The notes beneath the pieces are model-generated. The model did no database searches and was not told the origin of the DNA. It saw only the letters and a program-made list of their open reading frames with translations. 64,000 nucleotides of DNA from a virus. The DNA lies in the IMG/VR virus record IMGVR_UViG_3300017917_004222, positions 1 to 64,000 of that record; one strand, 5' to 3'. Below are positions 21,621 to 30,640 of this stretch, piece after piece. The number at the start of each line of letters is the position of its first letter. Position 1 is the first letter of the stretch. Made by a program: the position numbers and the translations under genes.

Positions 21621-21850
21621 AAGACGAATCACACTTGCCAATGAGCCAGCAAAGTCTGGTGTTCCGCTTGCGCCGTCGGGCACAAATACGCCGACAAATC
21701 CCCGGACGCAAGAGCGTGGAGGAGGGTGCGCCCGACCGCATCGCTGATTTGCTGGAGGAAGCTGCCGGTGAAATTGAACGCCTGCAGACTCTGGTGAACC
21801 GTTATGCGCCGCAACCTTACGACCCATTAGACAATCCGGGGCCAGGATGA
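21617..21850 (+). CDS. hypothetical protein
   Basis: ATGA-coupled; RIADLLEEAAGEIE. Confidence 0.7.
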   Translation: MKDESHLPMSQQSLVFRLRRRAQIRRQIPGRKSVEEGAPDRIADLLEEAAGEIERLQTLVNRYAPQPYDPLDNPGPG

Positions 21851-21960
21851 TGATAACCAACAAATATGGCACTGTTCAACTGCCCTGGCAACCGGGACTG
21901 TTGGAGTGGTTGCAAGCCCAATACCCCCACAGTGAATATAGGCTGGTGGAGACCACATGA
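21847..21960 (+). CDS. hypothetical protein (37 aa)
   Basis: ATGA-coupled at both ends. Confidence 0.55.
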   Translation: MMITNKYGTVQLPWQPGLLEWLQAQYPHSEYRLVETT

Positions 21961-22211
21961 TAGTTTTTTACTTGGAATTTGAAGGCGCCCAACAGCAAGA
22001 GTATGGTGCCAGATACATGCGGGTCGTGGTAGACGATTCTGTGCAAATGCCTGCAACACGACCCTTGTATGCTGCTGTCAGGGCCTGGCGCATGCATGAG
22101 GAGCATGGTCTGATCAAAATCAAAGATCGCTACACTGGACTGCCCGGGTTCGAAGAACCCACCCCCGAAACCACATTAATGATGTTGTCAGCGAAGGAAC
22201 TGGTGTTATGA
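21957..22211 (+). CDS. hypothetical protein
   Basis: ATGA-coupled. Confidence 0.7.
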   Translation: MIVFYLEFEGAQQQEYGARYMRVVVDDSVQMPATRPLYAAVRAWRMHEEHGLIKIKDRYTGLPGFEEPTPETTLMMLSAKELVL

Positions 22212-22516
22212 AAATGTATATCTGTATCAAAAACAGCGTGGCGCCGGGCATGGCAATGAATTCTGCTGCCCACGCTGGACTCATGTGCCACATGAAGTTT
22301 TGCGACGACGGGGACTACCTGGAATGGTTGGACAAGAGCTTCAAAAAGGTCACCTGCTCGGTCACTGAGGCTGAATTTGCCATGCTCAAAACTGTTGAGC
22401 ATCACTTGATTGTGACCGAAAGCCGGCTCAACAACGCCGAGGTGGCCATTGTGCTGAAACCTCGACACGACAACGACTGGCCAGAATTTGTGAGCCTGTT
22501 GCAGTTGTGGAAGTGA
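22208..22516 (+). CDS. peptidyl-tRNA hydrolase type 2 (Pth2)-like
   Basis: KMYICIK..PG..AAHA..W...KKVTC...P...LQL pattern. Confidence 0.7.
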   Translation: MKMYICIKNSVAPGMAMNSAAHAGLMCHMKFCDDGDYLEWLDKSFKKVTCSVTEAEFAMLKTVEHHLIVTESRLNNAEVAIVLKPRHDNDWPEFVSLLQLWK

Positions 22517-22519
22517 GCC

Positions 22520-22783
22520 ATGCGCTTCAAGCACACTCGTGACATTGCACGGGCGCCACGCGGCACCTTGGACAAATGCCGAGAAGAATTGGATGAACTG
22601 CAGGATGCTGACAGTCAGAACAACCGCTGGCATTCAGTGATTGAAGCTGCGGACCTGATCAACAGCACCTACACCTTTGTGTGGCGCAAGTATCGAGTTC
22701 CGTTCTTTGTTGTGATCCCGGTGGCTTTGTTGTCGGGTGTTTACAAGCCTGTGGTCAGGTGGATTCGGCGTCGACGGGGGTAA
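22520..22783 (+). CDS. small MazG/NTP-PPase-like protein with C-terminal TM helix
   Basis: KCREELDEL...IEAADL. Confidence 0.45.
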   Translation: MRFKHTRDIARAPRGTLDKCREELDELQDADSQNNRWHSVIEAADLINSTYTFVWRKYRVPFFVVIPVALLSGVYKPVVRWIRRRRG

Positions 22784-22790
22784 ATACACC

Positions 22791-23021
22791 ATGTTCAAGT
22801 GGCTCAAAAATTCATTCACACAGGGTGAGGTTCGTTTTGAATTCATTGCACTGGACGAAAACGACGAACCCTATCAAGACACTGCGACCTTGCAATACAG
22901 GGGCGCCTACGATGCGTTTGAAATGCAGAACAAGCTGAGAAAATTCCTGCGGGCTACCCGCAATCACTTGGTGGTAGAAATCACTGAACTGGATCGCCGC
23001 GAGTGGCAGAGTCTGAATTGA
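22791..23021 (+). CDS. hypothetical protein, late promoter
   Basis: TAAATA 4 nt upstream. Confidence 0.7.
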   Translation: MFKWLKNSFTQGEVRFEFIALDENDEPYQDTATLQYRGAYDAFEMQNKLRKFLRATRNHLVVEITELDRREWQSLN

Positions 23022-23230
23022 CTGTGCATGGGTAGCGTCTGGCCCTGCTCACTGGATTCCATAGCCAAGCCGACGGGAGAGTTGAAGAGCCGCTGACTCC
23101 AAAGGGCAGCCCGGGATTCGGTAATCCGGTAATACTTTCGTTGATCTTGTCCAACACTTTCAACTAATCGACAAAATAACAAAACTAACATATACTGTGG
23201 TTTTAGCAATTCAATCTGCTGAGGCCCCGA

Positions 23231-23428
23231 ATGTGTCGAATCTTGTTGTTGAGTGCGTTGATCCTGAGCGGGTGCGCCACTGCGCCACACTACGAACCCG
23301 GCGCAGGTAGCCACAGTGGTCAAGACTTTCGCTTGGCAGTGACCCTGTGCAGGATTGCATACTGTGCAGAAACTCGCGAACAAGCTCAGGCCTTGCATGC
23401 CGTAGCGCTTGACCAAAAATCCCAGTGA
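23231..23428 (+). CDS. putative lipoprotein
   Basis: signal peptide with LSGC lipobox. Confidence 0.55.
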   Translation: MCRILLLSALILSGCATAPHYEPGAGSHSGQDFRLAVTLCRIAYCAETREQAQALHAVALDQKSQ

Positions 23429-23466
23429 TGCTATAATACTCACATAGCAACACAAAACAGGAGTTG

Positions 23467-23673
23467 ATGATGGGATACCGTGTGCTGGGCGAGCGTGATG
23501 CAAAATGGCAACCCCGGGAAGGTCTAGAAGGTCCCTTCTTCTATCCCAACGGTCAGGTGTTGTATTACGATCCTCGCGAAGGTTCGTACTATGACCCCAC
23601 CACCGACTTCTATGTGAGCGATGAAGATGTTGCGGAATTGCAACAACTGTTTCTTGAAACGTTGACTCGCTGA
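23467..23673 (+). CDS. hypothetical protein
   Basis: promoter 23409-23437; YYDP repeats. Confidence 0.75.
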   Translation: MMGYRVLGERDAKWQPREGLEGPFFYPNGQVLYYDPREGSYYDPTTDFYVSDEDVAELQQLFLETLTR

Positions 23674-23740
23674 GTTGACACAAAATCCACCCTGTTGTAA
23701 AATAGAGTTTGTTAGTTAATCAACCCACTGAAAGGCAATC

Positions 23741-24826
23741 ATGAGCGATACCCGTACCGTCACCGCAACCCAAGCCCGTCGCAGCATCCTGACCGCGTTC
23801 AAGGCCCAGCGTCCCATCTTCCTGTGGGGCCCTCCTGGCATTGGCAAGAGCGAGCTGGTGGAGGGCATCACCCAGGACTTGGGTGGCTACATGATCGACC
23901 TGCGCTTGGGTCAGATGGAGCCCACTGACATTCGTGGCATTCCGTTCTACAACAAGGACCTGGGCAAGATGGACTGGGCTCCGCCTGTGGAACTGCCCGA
24001 CGCTGAACTGGCCAGCCAGTATCCTGTGGTTGTGCTGTTCCTGGACGAACTGAACTCTGCTCCGGCCAGTGTGCAGGCCGCTGCCTACCAGCTGATCTTG
24101 AACCGTCGCATTGGCAAATATGTCCTGCCCGACAACGTGGTCATGGTGGCTGCAGGCAACCGTGAATCGGACAAGGGCGTGACTTACCGCATGCCGACTC
24201 CGCTGGCCAACCGCTTTGTGCACCAGGAAATGAAGGTGGACTTTGCTTCGTGGCAGGACTGGGCCGTGAACCACAAGATCCACAAGGACGTGGTGGGTTA
24301 CCTGAGCTTTGCCAAGCAAGACCTCTACGACTTTGACGCCAAGAGCGCCAGCCGTGCATTCGCTACTCCGCGTTCGTGGAGCTTTGTGAGCCAGCTGTTG
24401 GACGACCAGGTGGACGACGAGACCCTGACCAACCTGATTGCAGGTACCGTGGGCGAAGGCCTGGCTGTGAAGTTCATGGCTCACCGCAAGATTGCCAGCA
24501 AGATGCCCGCACCGCGTGACATCCTGGACGGCAAGGTCACTGACCTGCAAGTGAAGGAAGTGAGTGCCATGTACTCGCTGGTGATCAGCATGTGCTACGA
24601 GCTCAAGGCCGAAGTGGAAGCCAAGGTGGACACTGCGGAGTTCCACAAGCATGCAGACAACTTCTTGGCCTACATGATGAAGAACTTCGAAACTGAACTG
24701 GTGGTGATGGGTGCGCGAATTGCGCTGACCACTTACGGTCTGCCCCTGCAGCCCACCAAGATGAAGACGTTCGACGAGTTCCACAAGAAGTTCGGCCACT
24801 ACGTGCTCAAGGCACAAGGCAACTGA
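23741..24826 (+). CDS. MoxR-like AAA+ ATPase
   Basis: GPPGIGKS Walker A, LFLDE Walker B, AAGN, LANRF, TPRSW. Confidence 0.92.
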   Translation: MSDTRTVTATQARRSILTAFKAQRPIFLWGPPGIGKSELVEGITQDLGGYMIDLRLGQMEPTDIRGIPFYNKDLGKMDWAPPVELPDAELASQYPVVVLFLDELNSAPASVQAAAYQLILNRRIGKYVLPDNVVMVAAGNRESDKGVTYRMPTPLANRFVHQEMKVDFASWQDWAVNHKIHKDVVGYLSFAKQDLYDFDAKSASRAFATPRSWSFVSQLLDDQVDDETLTNLIAGTVGEGLAVKFMAHRKIASKMPAPRDILDGKVTDLQVKEVSAMYSLVISMCYELKAEVEAKVDTAEFHKHADNFLAYMMKNFETELVVMGARIALTTYGLPLQPTKMKTFDEFHKKFGHYVLKAQGN

Positions 24827-24845
24827 TCACCCCGGGGTGACATTG

Positions 24846-24876
24846 GGGGCTGTGCTAATACCACAGCCCTTTTTTA
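24846..24876 (+). terminator. intrinsic terminator
   Basis: GGGCTGTG/CACAGCCC plus T-tract. Confidence 0.8.
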
Positions 24877-24877
24877 C

Positions 24878-25111
24878 ATGCACAAGATCGCACACTATCC
24901 TGGCGAAACATTTCCAGACCGCATTGAGTTCAACACGGGAGAGCACAGCGTGATCATGGCCTCTGTATATTGGAGTCAGGCTTGTCGAATTGCTCGCGCT
25001 GTGTTTGGAGCTGACGACACAGTGTGGATACAGGATTCCTGGCAGTTGACCATTGCATTTCGCAGCCAACAGGAATTGTCGTGGTTCCTGTTGCGTTACC
25101 GGCCATCATGA
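24878..25111 (+). CDS. hypothetical, F-x-L-R-Y family
   Basis: ends FRSQQELSWFLLRY. Confidence 0.7.
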   Translation: MHKIAHYPGETFPDRIEFNTGEHSVIMASVYWSQACRIARAVFGADDTVWIQDSWQLTIAFRSQQELSWFLLRYRPS

Positions 25112-25401
25112 AAATCACTGTAAAACATCGCTTGGTGATATTTCACCGCGAGCATGAATGGAATCAAGTGTATGCCCAGATTCGTCGGGATTATGGCATG
25201 AGAATGGCACTGCAATCTGCCCTGTGTCGTGAGCTGGGGTTCAGTGTGCGCCGACATCGTGCCCTGGTGCCCAACGAAGTCCAATACAAGCATGGCCCCA
25301 GCATGCATTACGAACAGCATGTTCACCTGGACTTTTTCAACGATGCTGCACAAAGCCTGTTCCTGCTCAAGTATGTGCCCGATCAGGAGAACCCGCAATG
25401 A
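25108..25401 (+). CDS. hypothetical, F-x-L-K-Y family
   Basis: ends DFFNDAAQSLFLLKY. Confidence 0.7.
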   Translation: MKITVKHRLVIFHREHEWNQVYAQIRRDYGMRMALQSALCRELGFSVRRHRALVPNEVQYKHGPSMHYEQHVHLDFFNDAAQSLFLLKYVPDQENPQ

Positions 25402-25682
25402 CATCTCGGTTCAGCCCCATCAGCAACCTGGACATTGTCCGGGGTGGTGGCCGATATTGGCCAGCAATGGCGGTGAACATATTGTTTTCGGCCTCGATTC
25501 TTGTGCCTATGGCACTGGCGTTGATAGCGGCTGAGCGTATCACTGTCATATTCAGAAAACGGGAACCCATCCGAGCCGGGTGGCGTGTTTACCACCGTGT
25601 GTTTAACTTCAAGGTTTGGGTAATACAAAGGGTTTACCTGGGCTGTGATCCGCAGTTGTGGGCAGCATTGACCCAGATTTGA
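25398..25682 (+). CDS. membrane protein
   Basis: hydrophobic helix; ATGA-coupled. Confidence 0.65.
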   Translation: MTSRFSPISNLDIVRGGGRYWPAMAVNILFSASILVPMALALIAAERITVIFRKREPIRAGWRVYHRVFNFKVWVIQRVYLGCDPQLWAALTQI

Positions 25683-25738
25683 CCAAAAATGCCCCAAATG
25701 CTATAATAACAACATAGCGTAAACAAACGGAACCTGCA

Positions 25739-26038
25739 ATGATTGAAATCCTGGGCTACATTTTTGCAACGATCCTGACTGCTGCGGCTGTGTGGTTTGT
25801 GTATCACATCATCCGCGGTGCTGTGCTGGGTTTTGACATGACTCGTTGGATGCTGATTGGTGTGAATTGGCAGCAAATCCGCAGCAACAAGAACTGGATG
25901 CGCAAACTGGTCCTGATGTTCCTGCACTGCTGGTATGAGTGCGTTGGCTACAACGGCGGCATCACTTACAGCCGCAACGGTCGCACCTGGTCCGGCTTTG
26001 GCACTGGTCGTGTGCAGGGCCAGGAAACACAAGACTGA
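25739..26038 (+). CDS. membrane protein
   Basis: promoter 25679-25707; N-terminal TM helix. Confidence 0.7.
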   Translation: MIEILGYIFATILTAAAVWFVYHIIRGAVLGFDMTRWMLIGVNWQQIRSNKNWMRKLVLMFLHCWYECVGYNGGITYSRNGRTWSGFGTGRVQGQETQD

Positions 26039-26099
26039 CTGTCGCACATAATTCATGATCTGTGCTATAATTGCACATCGCAACAAGGAGTTGATCTCG

Positions 26100-27374
26100 A
26101 TGACCGCAAAGACCACCGCAAAGAAAGAAGACCAGTTCAAGGACCTGTTGGGTCCCACTGACCCCAAGCTGGACCGTGAGGTTCGCGAAAAGCTGATCAC
26201 AGCCCGTGTGGGCCTGTTGCTCAAGGCCAGCTTCTTCGGCAACCTGGCAACTCGACTCAAGCTGATCAACGCTGACGAGTGGTGCAGCACCGCTGCCACT
26301 GACGGTCGCAACTTCTATTACAACACCCGTTTCGTCAACATGCTCAAGCCACGCGAGATTGAGTTCTTGTTTGGTCACGAGGTGTTGCATGCGGTGTATG
26401 ACCACATGGGCCGACGTGGTGATCGCGACCCGCAGATCCACAACATCGCCTGTGACTTTGCTGTGAACGCAGACTTGAAAAAGCACCGCGTGGGCGAATT
26501 CATTACCACTGTGCCTTGCTTGTATGACAGCAAGTATGAGGGCATGAGCTCGGAACAGATCTACGACGATCTCATGAAGAACGCCAAGAAGATCGACCTC
26601 AACAAGTTGATTCAGCAGATGCTGGACGAGCACTTGGACGGTGACGGTGACGGCGAAAGTGACGGTGACGGTGACGACAAAGAAGGCAAGGGCAAGGGTC
26701 GCCCCAAGCTGACCGAAGCTGAGAAGCAGGCCATTCGCGACGAGCTCAAGGAAGCTGTGCTGGCTGCGGCACAAACTGCCGACGGTGCAGGCAACATCCC
26801 GGCCAACGTGCGCCGCATGATCCAGGAGTTGACCGAGCCCAAGATGAACTGGCGCGAACTGTTGCGCATGCAACTGGAAAGCACCATCAAGAGCGACTAC
26901 ACCTGGATGCGAGCCAGCCGTCGTGGTTGGCACATGGACGCTGTGATGCCTGGCATGCAGAACGAGCCCATGATCGACATTGCTGTGGCCATTGATACGT
27001 CGGGCTCGATCCAAGACAGCATGCTGCGAGACTTCCTGGGCGAAATCCAGGGCATCATGGATTCGTTCCCTGCGTATCGCATCCATGTGTTCTGCTTCGA
27101 CACTTCGGTGCACAATCCTGCACAATACAACAGTGACAACCTGGACAGCATCTGTGAATACGAGCCCGGTGGCGGTGGCGGTACTGACTTCACTGCCATC
27201 TACGACTACCTCAAGTCGGAAGAGATTGAGCCCAAGCGCTTGGTGGTGTTCACTGACGGTTACCCGTTTGGCTCGTGGGGTGACGAGAACTACACTGATA
27301 CGGTGTGGATCTTGCATGGCACCACCAGCATTGTTCCGCCCTGGGGTCAATATGCCTACTACGAAGAAAAGTAA
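26100..27374 (+). CDS. DUF2201-type metallopeptidase + vWA protein (MoxR partner)
   Basis: TAATDG, HEVLH, DTSGS MIDAS, GGGGTDF, FTDG. Confidence 0.9.
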   Translation: MTAKTTAKKEDQFKDLLGPTDPKLDREVREKLITARVGLLLKASFFGNLATRLKLINADEWCSTAATDGRNFYYNTRFVNMLKPREIEFLFGHEVLHAVYDHMGRRGDRDPQIHNIACDFAVNADLKKHRVGEFITTVPCLYDSKYEGMSSEQIYDDLMKNAKKIDLNKLIQQMLDEHLDGDGDGESDGDGDDKEGKGKGRPKLTEAEKQAIRDELKEAVLAAAQTADGAGNIPANVRRMIQELTEPKMNWRELLRMQLESTIKSDYTWMRASRRGWHMDAVMPGMQNEPMIDIAVAIDTSGSIQDSMLRDFLGEIQGIMDSFPAYRIHVFCFDTSVHNPAQYNSDNLDSICEYEPGGGGGTDFTAIYDYLKSEEIEPKRLVVFTDGYPFGSWGDENYTDTVWILHGTTSIVPPWGQYAYYEEK

Positions 27375-27393
27375 CAGGCACTGACCCACTCAC

Positions 27394-27420
27394 AAGCCCG
27401 CACCTGATGCGGGCTTTTTC
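27394..27420 (+). terminator. intrinsic terminator
   Basis: AAGCCCGCA/TGCGGGCTT plus T-tract. Confidence 0.85.
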
Positions 27421-27454
27421 ATGACTGCAATGTCGGGCGGTGCTAAGTATGTCA

Positions 27455-27634
27455 ATGATTGACAAATTTATCAACTGGTTCCGATTCAATCAAGATGCAG
27501 TGTGCTGGTTCACCATTGGTTTTTGCTTGCATGCCATGTTCGCTGCACTGCAGAGCGGCCGCTATCTTTCGGTCATTGTGGCCCTGATCATCATGCGAGT
27601 CATGTATCGTCTGGCGCAAGCAAGGATCCGCTGA
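27455..27634 (+). CDS. small membrane protein
   Basis: two hydrophobic segments. Confidence 0.6.
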   Translation: MIDKFINWFRFNQDAVCWFTIGFCLHAMFAALQSGRYLSVIVALIIMRVMYRLAQARIR

Positions 27635-27873
27635 TGGGCAACCTATCCGACTATTTTGATCGCGAGGGCTACAAATCCACCTGGCGCATTGGCGACCGTG
27701 TGCGTGGCCGCTGGAACCGCATTCCGTTTGTGGGCACAGTGGGCAATGATCGCTTGGTGAGTCCTGCAGTTGGACCTCAAGTCACAGTGCACCTGGACCT
27801 GCCTATCCAGTATCAAGAGCAACTGGTGCGCATGATCACAGTGCGTCCAAGTGACCTCAAGGGTCTGGACTGA
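27634..27873 (+). CDS. hypothetical (SH3-like beta barrel?)
   Basis: IGDRVRG...GTV. Confidence 0.65.
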   Translation: MGNLSDYFDREGYKSTWRIGDRVRGRWNRIPFVGTVGNDRLVSPAVGPQVTVHLDLPIQYQEQLVRMITVRPSDLKGLD

Positions 27874-27936
27874 GCAGGTTGTCCGAAACCACCTCTAAAA
27901 TCTAAAAGGGCTGGCGGGCCAGCAGTAAATATCTAT

Positions 27937-28143
27937 ATGGAACAAACAACTTTGACTGTGTCTGACTTGATCGGACTCCGAGATATAATCAACATGGCCA
28001 CCAAGCGTGGTGCCTTTGACGCTAAAGAATTGTCCACAGTTGGCAGCATTTACGACAAGCTGAACAACTTTATTGAAACTGCCCAAAGGCAACTGCAGGA
28101 TCAAGAAACCCAGGCTCAACCACAAGGAGATGAACATGCTTAA
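27937..28143 (+). CDS. hypothetical protein, late promoter
   Basis: TAAATA 5 nt upstream. Confidence 0.75.
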   Translation: MEQTTLTVSDLIGLRDIINMATKRGAFDAKELSTVGSIYDKLNNFIETAQRQLQDQETQAQPQGDEHA

Positions 28144-28909
28144 ACACGTAGGACGACACGGCGACCGCAAGGTTGCAATTGTATTCAGAGAGATCCCAGG
28201 AGAAGACCACATGTGTCTGGTGGTATACCCTGAAACCCTGCCCACACACTTCCATGACGCCATCATGCGAGTACTTGAAAGTCCTGCTGGACAGCAAGAA
28301 AACACCTTTGCCAATGCACTGCATCGCAATCTCTTGCCCGACGGCCGAGTGATGCTGGAAGCATTGCACCGTGAAGGCATGCTGAAAAAGATCCCCACCA
28401 GCCAAGTGATCGTGACTCCCACTCCAGCCAGCACCGTCAAGCTCGACGAACTCAACCGCTTGGTACGTGAAATGGAAAGCGGCGATGAAGCTCGCAAGCG
28501 CATGGAAGAAATTGATTCCAGCAAGGGCTTGGTTGATCCCGCAGTCAAGCGAGATCAAGAGCGTGAGTTCAAGCGCCGACGTCTTGAAGAAGAAGCGCGC
28601 CGTGCTGCTGCTGGTCAACCCTTAGTCGCAGCCGAAGGCTCTGCACTAGATGATCAGGCGCTGGCGTCTACCATGCTGGCACAAGCCAAGCGCATGGAAA
28701 TCGAAGCACAGGGTCTGATTGCTGAGGCTGCTCGCATGAAAAAAGAAGCCGAGCGCATGCACCCCGGTGTGGTGGCCAAGGCCACTGCAACCACTGGGCA
28801 ATGGGCTCCTGTTTCTGAGACAGCGGCCGCTGCTGTGGCCGAGCCAGTGGCACCAAAAACACGCGGGCGCAGCAAATCCAAAGCCGTAGTGCCCAATGCA
28901 GTTCAGTAA
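28136..28909 (+). CDS. hypothetical phage protein
   Basis: AAGGAG SD; MLKHVGR...; coiled-coil C-terminus. Confidence 0.8.
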   Translation: MLKHVGRHGDRKVAIVFREIPGEDHMCLVVYPETLPTHFHDAIMRVLESPAGQQENTFANALHRNLLPDGRVMLEALHREGMLKKIPTSQVIVTPTPASTVKLDELNRLVREMESGDEARKRMEEIDSSKGLVDPAVKRDQEREFKRRRLEEEARRAAAGQPLVAAEGSALDDQALASTMLAQAKRMEIEAQGLIAEAARMKKEAERMHPGVVAKATATTGQWAPVSETAAAAVAEPVAPKTRGRSKSKAVVPNAVQ

Positions 28910-29207
28910 TGAATTCATTTCAAGATGGGAGCACATCATCAATGATGTCGACATCACCGATGTGCCTCTCACTTGCATCAAAAAACTTGTTATTCGGTTA
29001 GAAGATAAAAAACAGCGCACGGTCAATCTTTCGGTCTTGAGGAAACAAGGACTCACTGATGACGAAATTGAGGCTGTGATCAATCGAATTCTAACCGAGT
29101 TTGACACCAGCAACCAAGTTCTTGCCATATCGTTTGTTATTGATGTGGCCTTGATTGCAAACCTTGTTCAACCCGAAACTGATAAACTACTAAGCAACCT
29201 AAAATGA
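28896..29207 (+). CDS. hypothetical protein
   Basis: operon position. Confidence 0.75.
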   Translation: MQFSNEFISRWEHIINDVDITDVPLTCIKKLVIRLEDKKQRTVNLSVLRKQGLTDDEIEAVINRILTEFDTSNQVLAISFVIDVALIANLVQPETDKLLSNLK

Positions 29208-29890
29208 ATGTTCGTCTCGTCTCTTACTCACAACCAACTGCGGAATTTGCAGACCTGGGCCTGCACGATGCTCAAGAGCTCATTGCGTATTGCGCCCGTG
29301 TGTCCAACCCCGCCAATCAATTCAACACCGAAACCAGCGAGCGACTCATCAACTACCTGGTGCGACACCAACACTGGAGTCCACTGGAAATGGTGTCAGC
29401 CTGCGTGGAAATCACAACCACCCGGGACATTGCCCGACAGATTCTACGTCACAGAAGTTTCAGCTTCCAAGAGTTCTCCCAGCGATATGCTGATCCTACA
29501 GCTGAACTCGACGAAGCGTTTGTGCTACGTGAGGCAAGATTCCAGGACCTCAAGAATCGACAGAACAGTGTAGAGCTGGACATGTCGGACGAACATCAAC
29601 GTGGACTCAGTATCGAATGGGAACGTGCCCAGAAGCGTGTGTTGCATGTGGTCAAGCAGGAATACAAGTGGGCTTTGGACAATGGCATTGCCAAAGAACA
29701 AGCCCGCGCTGTGTTGCCTGAAGGTCTCACAGTGAGCCGCATGTATATGCAAGGTACGATTAGAAGTTGGATCCACTATATTCAATTGAGAAAAGAAAAC
29801 GGCACCCAAAAGGAACATGCCGAGATTGCTCTGGCTTGTGCCCGGGCCATTGCCGCTGTGTTTCCCATGAGCACCAACATGGTTGCATGA
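29204..29890 (+). CDS. thyX: FAD-dependent thymidylate synthase
   Basis: HWSPLE, RHRSFSFQEFSQRY, ARAVLP. Confidence 0.96.
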   Translation: MNVRLVSYSQPTAEFADLGLHDAQELIAYCARVSNPANQFNTETSERLINYLVRHQHWSPLEMVSACVEITTTRDIARQILRHRSFSFQEFSQRYADPTAELDEAFVLREARFQDLKNRQNSVELDMSDEHQRGLSIEWERAQKRVLHVVKQEYKWALDNGIAKEQARAVLPEGLTVSRMYMQGTIRSWIHYIQLRKENGTQKEHAEIALACARAIAAVFPMSTNMVA

Positions 29891-29902
29891 TGCGGCACAG
29901 TC

Positions 29903-30238
29903 ATGCTACACTATGGCATGGCTAGCACTGTTGACAATCCTTTTCGCCAGCACCGGCGCCCGCCCGAGACACGTGTGATCAATGGCGAGCCGGTGCTGTT
30001 CTCTGACGTTCGGGTGTATGAGTTCACACTGGATCCAGTGACCGCTTACCGAAACCGGGCATACGAACTCTTGGAACAGTGGTTGGCCAGTGAGCAGGGC
30101 AAATGGATACAAGCGCACAGCATCGCTCCGCTGCAGTGGCATGTGGAAGAATCGCCTGGCACATTTCTGCACCACTTTGGCATATACGCCAGACTCAGCG
30201 AAGCTGATCAAGTGTTTTGGAGTTTGAGATGGAAATAA
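29903..30238 (+). CDS. hypothetical, L-R-W family
   Basis: ends LSEADQVFWSLRWK. Confidence 0.7.
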   Translation: MLHYGMASTVDNPFRQHRRPPETRVINGEPVLFSDVRVYEFTLDPVTAYRNRAYELLEQWLASEQGKWIQAHSIAPLQWHVEESPGTFLHHFGIYARLSEADQVFWSLRWK

Positions 30239-30483
30239 AATACACAGATGCAGTGCCTGAGCCTCGTGTTCCTGTACGCAAACAGATATGGAATGGCCAG
30301 GAATTTGTGCCGGTTACCATGTATCGCATCACGGGACGTCTAACCAAAGATCAAAAAGACTGGCTGTATGACGTGTTTGGGCGACCTGGAGCGCGGTGGG
30401 ACTATGCCAGTTCTGGCAGTTACTGGACTGCTGACGAACAAACGTTGATGATGTTTACACTGCGCTGGGGCAGCCAGCATTAA
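30229..30483 (+). CDS. hypothetical, F-x-L-R-W family
   Basis: ends DEQTLMMFTLRWGS. Confidence 0.7.
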   Translation: MEIKYTDAVPEPRVPVRKQIWNGQEFVPVTMYRITGRLTKDQKDWLYDVFGRPGARWDYASSGSYWTADEQTLMMFTLRWGSQH

Positions 30484-30617
30484 CGCTCACGAGGTGTGGG
30501 TTGCGATGGGTCTGAATCCAGTGGCAGCTTGCTGGGTCTATACAGTGCCCAGCCGATGATGGCATAGATTAGGACAACAAAAGCAAGCGCAATCAATATC
30601 GGTGTTGCTTCAGACAT
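30480..30617 (-). CDS. small membrane protein (45 aa)
   Basis: GGAGG SD; MSEATPILIALAFVVLIYAIIGW. Confidence 0.6.
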   Translation of the reverse strand: MSEATPILIALAFVVLIYAIIGWALYRPSKLPLDSDPSQPTPRER

Positions 30618-30640
30618 AACTCACCCTCCATTTCCTGTAC

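Noticed and set aside
23022-23160. Cobalamin riboswitch or 6S RNA
   Set aside because: Only fragmentary similarity; the B12 box and the long 6S rod could not be built.
9063-27389. Long - strand ORFs (9063-10169, 12572-13612, 20377-21270, 23720-24817, 25962-27389)
   Set aside because: Antisense shadows of well-identified GC3-rich + strand genes.
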